The notes below the pieces were generated by a model that was given only the letters and a program-made list of their open reading frames with translations, was not told where the DNA came from and did not search any database. This document shows positions 19,759 to 20,000 of a stretch of DNA of 20,000 bases, piece by piece; position 1 is the first letter of the stretch; each line of letters starts with the position of its first letter. The stretch is taken from positions 106,368 to 126,367 of the forward strand of contig JAUGWO010000109.1 of assembly GCA_049724395.1 (NCBI GenBank). The letters are read 5' to 3'. Position numbers and translations under genes: made by a program. The stretch comes from Spongospora subterranea f. sp. subterranea (Eukaryota).

Positions 19759-20000
19759 ATACACTACATTTTGTCAAAGCTCCCGTCTCTCCCTCACCAT
19801 CAATTTTCCCTTGTTCCCCAAAACCTCTCATAATCGCATCAACTCACGTTAATAACGCACCGCGTAGATCGATCACACCTCGCGCGTGCGTATCCTGGCA
19901 CGAAAACAGCCTCCCTAACGTGTCCTGCTTGATCGACAGTGGTGCATCAGCCTGTTTTATCGACGCCACATTCGCGATACGCAACAAGATCCCCTGGAAT
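19716..20000 (+). CDS. pol: pol start (aspartic protease), -1 frame, partial
   Basis: The -1 frame is open from the slippery site to the window end and contains CLIDSGASACFID. Confidence 0.88.

Larger units (their letters stand above)
18318..20000 (+). mobile_element. Tf1/sushi/PEG10-like Ty3/gypsy element E (5' part, runs off the window)
   Basis: 147-bp LTR, self-complementary PBS, gag with CCHC, and a -1 frameshift into protease LIDSGA. Confidence 0.93.

Overview
This is a eukaryotic transposon-graveyard window. The host is probably a fungus or fungus-like protist, inferred from the element types and a 53-nt intron; no intact host gene is visible. Positions 1-4850 are decayed sequence that includes an ankyrin-repeat pseudogene. 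Next come a Ty1/copia RT fragment and a truncated Ty3/gypsy element on the minus strand (LTR-gag-protease). Positions 6877-15844 form a four-layer nest: a SINE is split by a PIF/Harbinger-type DNA transposon (18-bp TIRs, AGT TSD, DDE transposase plus convergent accessory ORF), its transposase is split by a chromodomain gypsy element, and that element carries two further SINEs. Positions 16300-20000 hold a gypsy gag interrupted by a SINE-within-a-SINE and then by a Tf1/sushi/PEG10-like LTR element. That last element has a self-priming PBS, a 9 x 29-bp leader array and a GGGAAAC -1 frameshift signal. The most interesting observation is a set of three SINE-like families built from interchangeable modules: a structured non-tRNA head or a tRNA-Ala-like head, and a (CCATA)n-ending or poly(A)-ending body. 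The two module boundaries fall within about 4 nt of each other.
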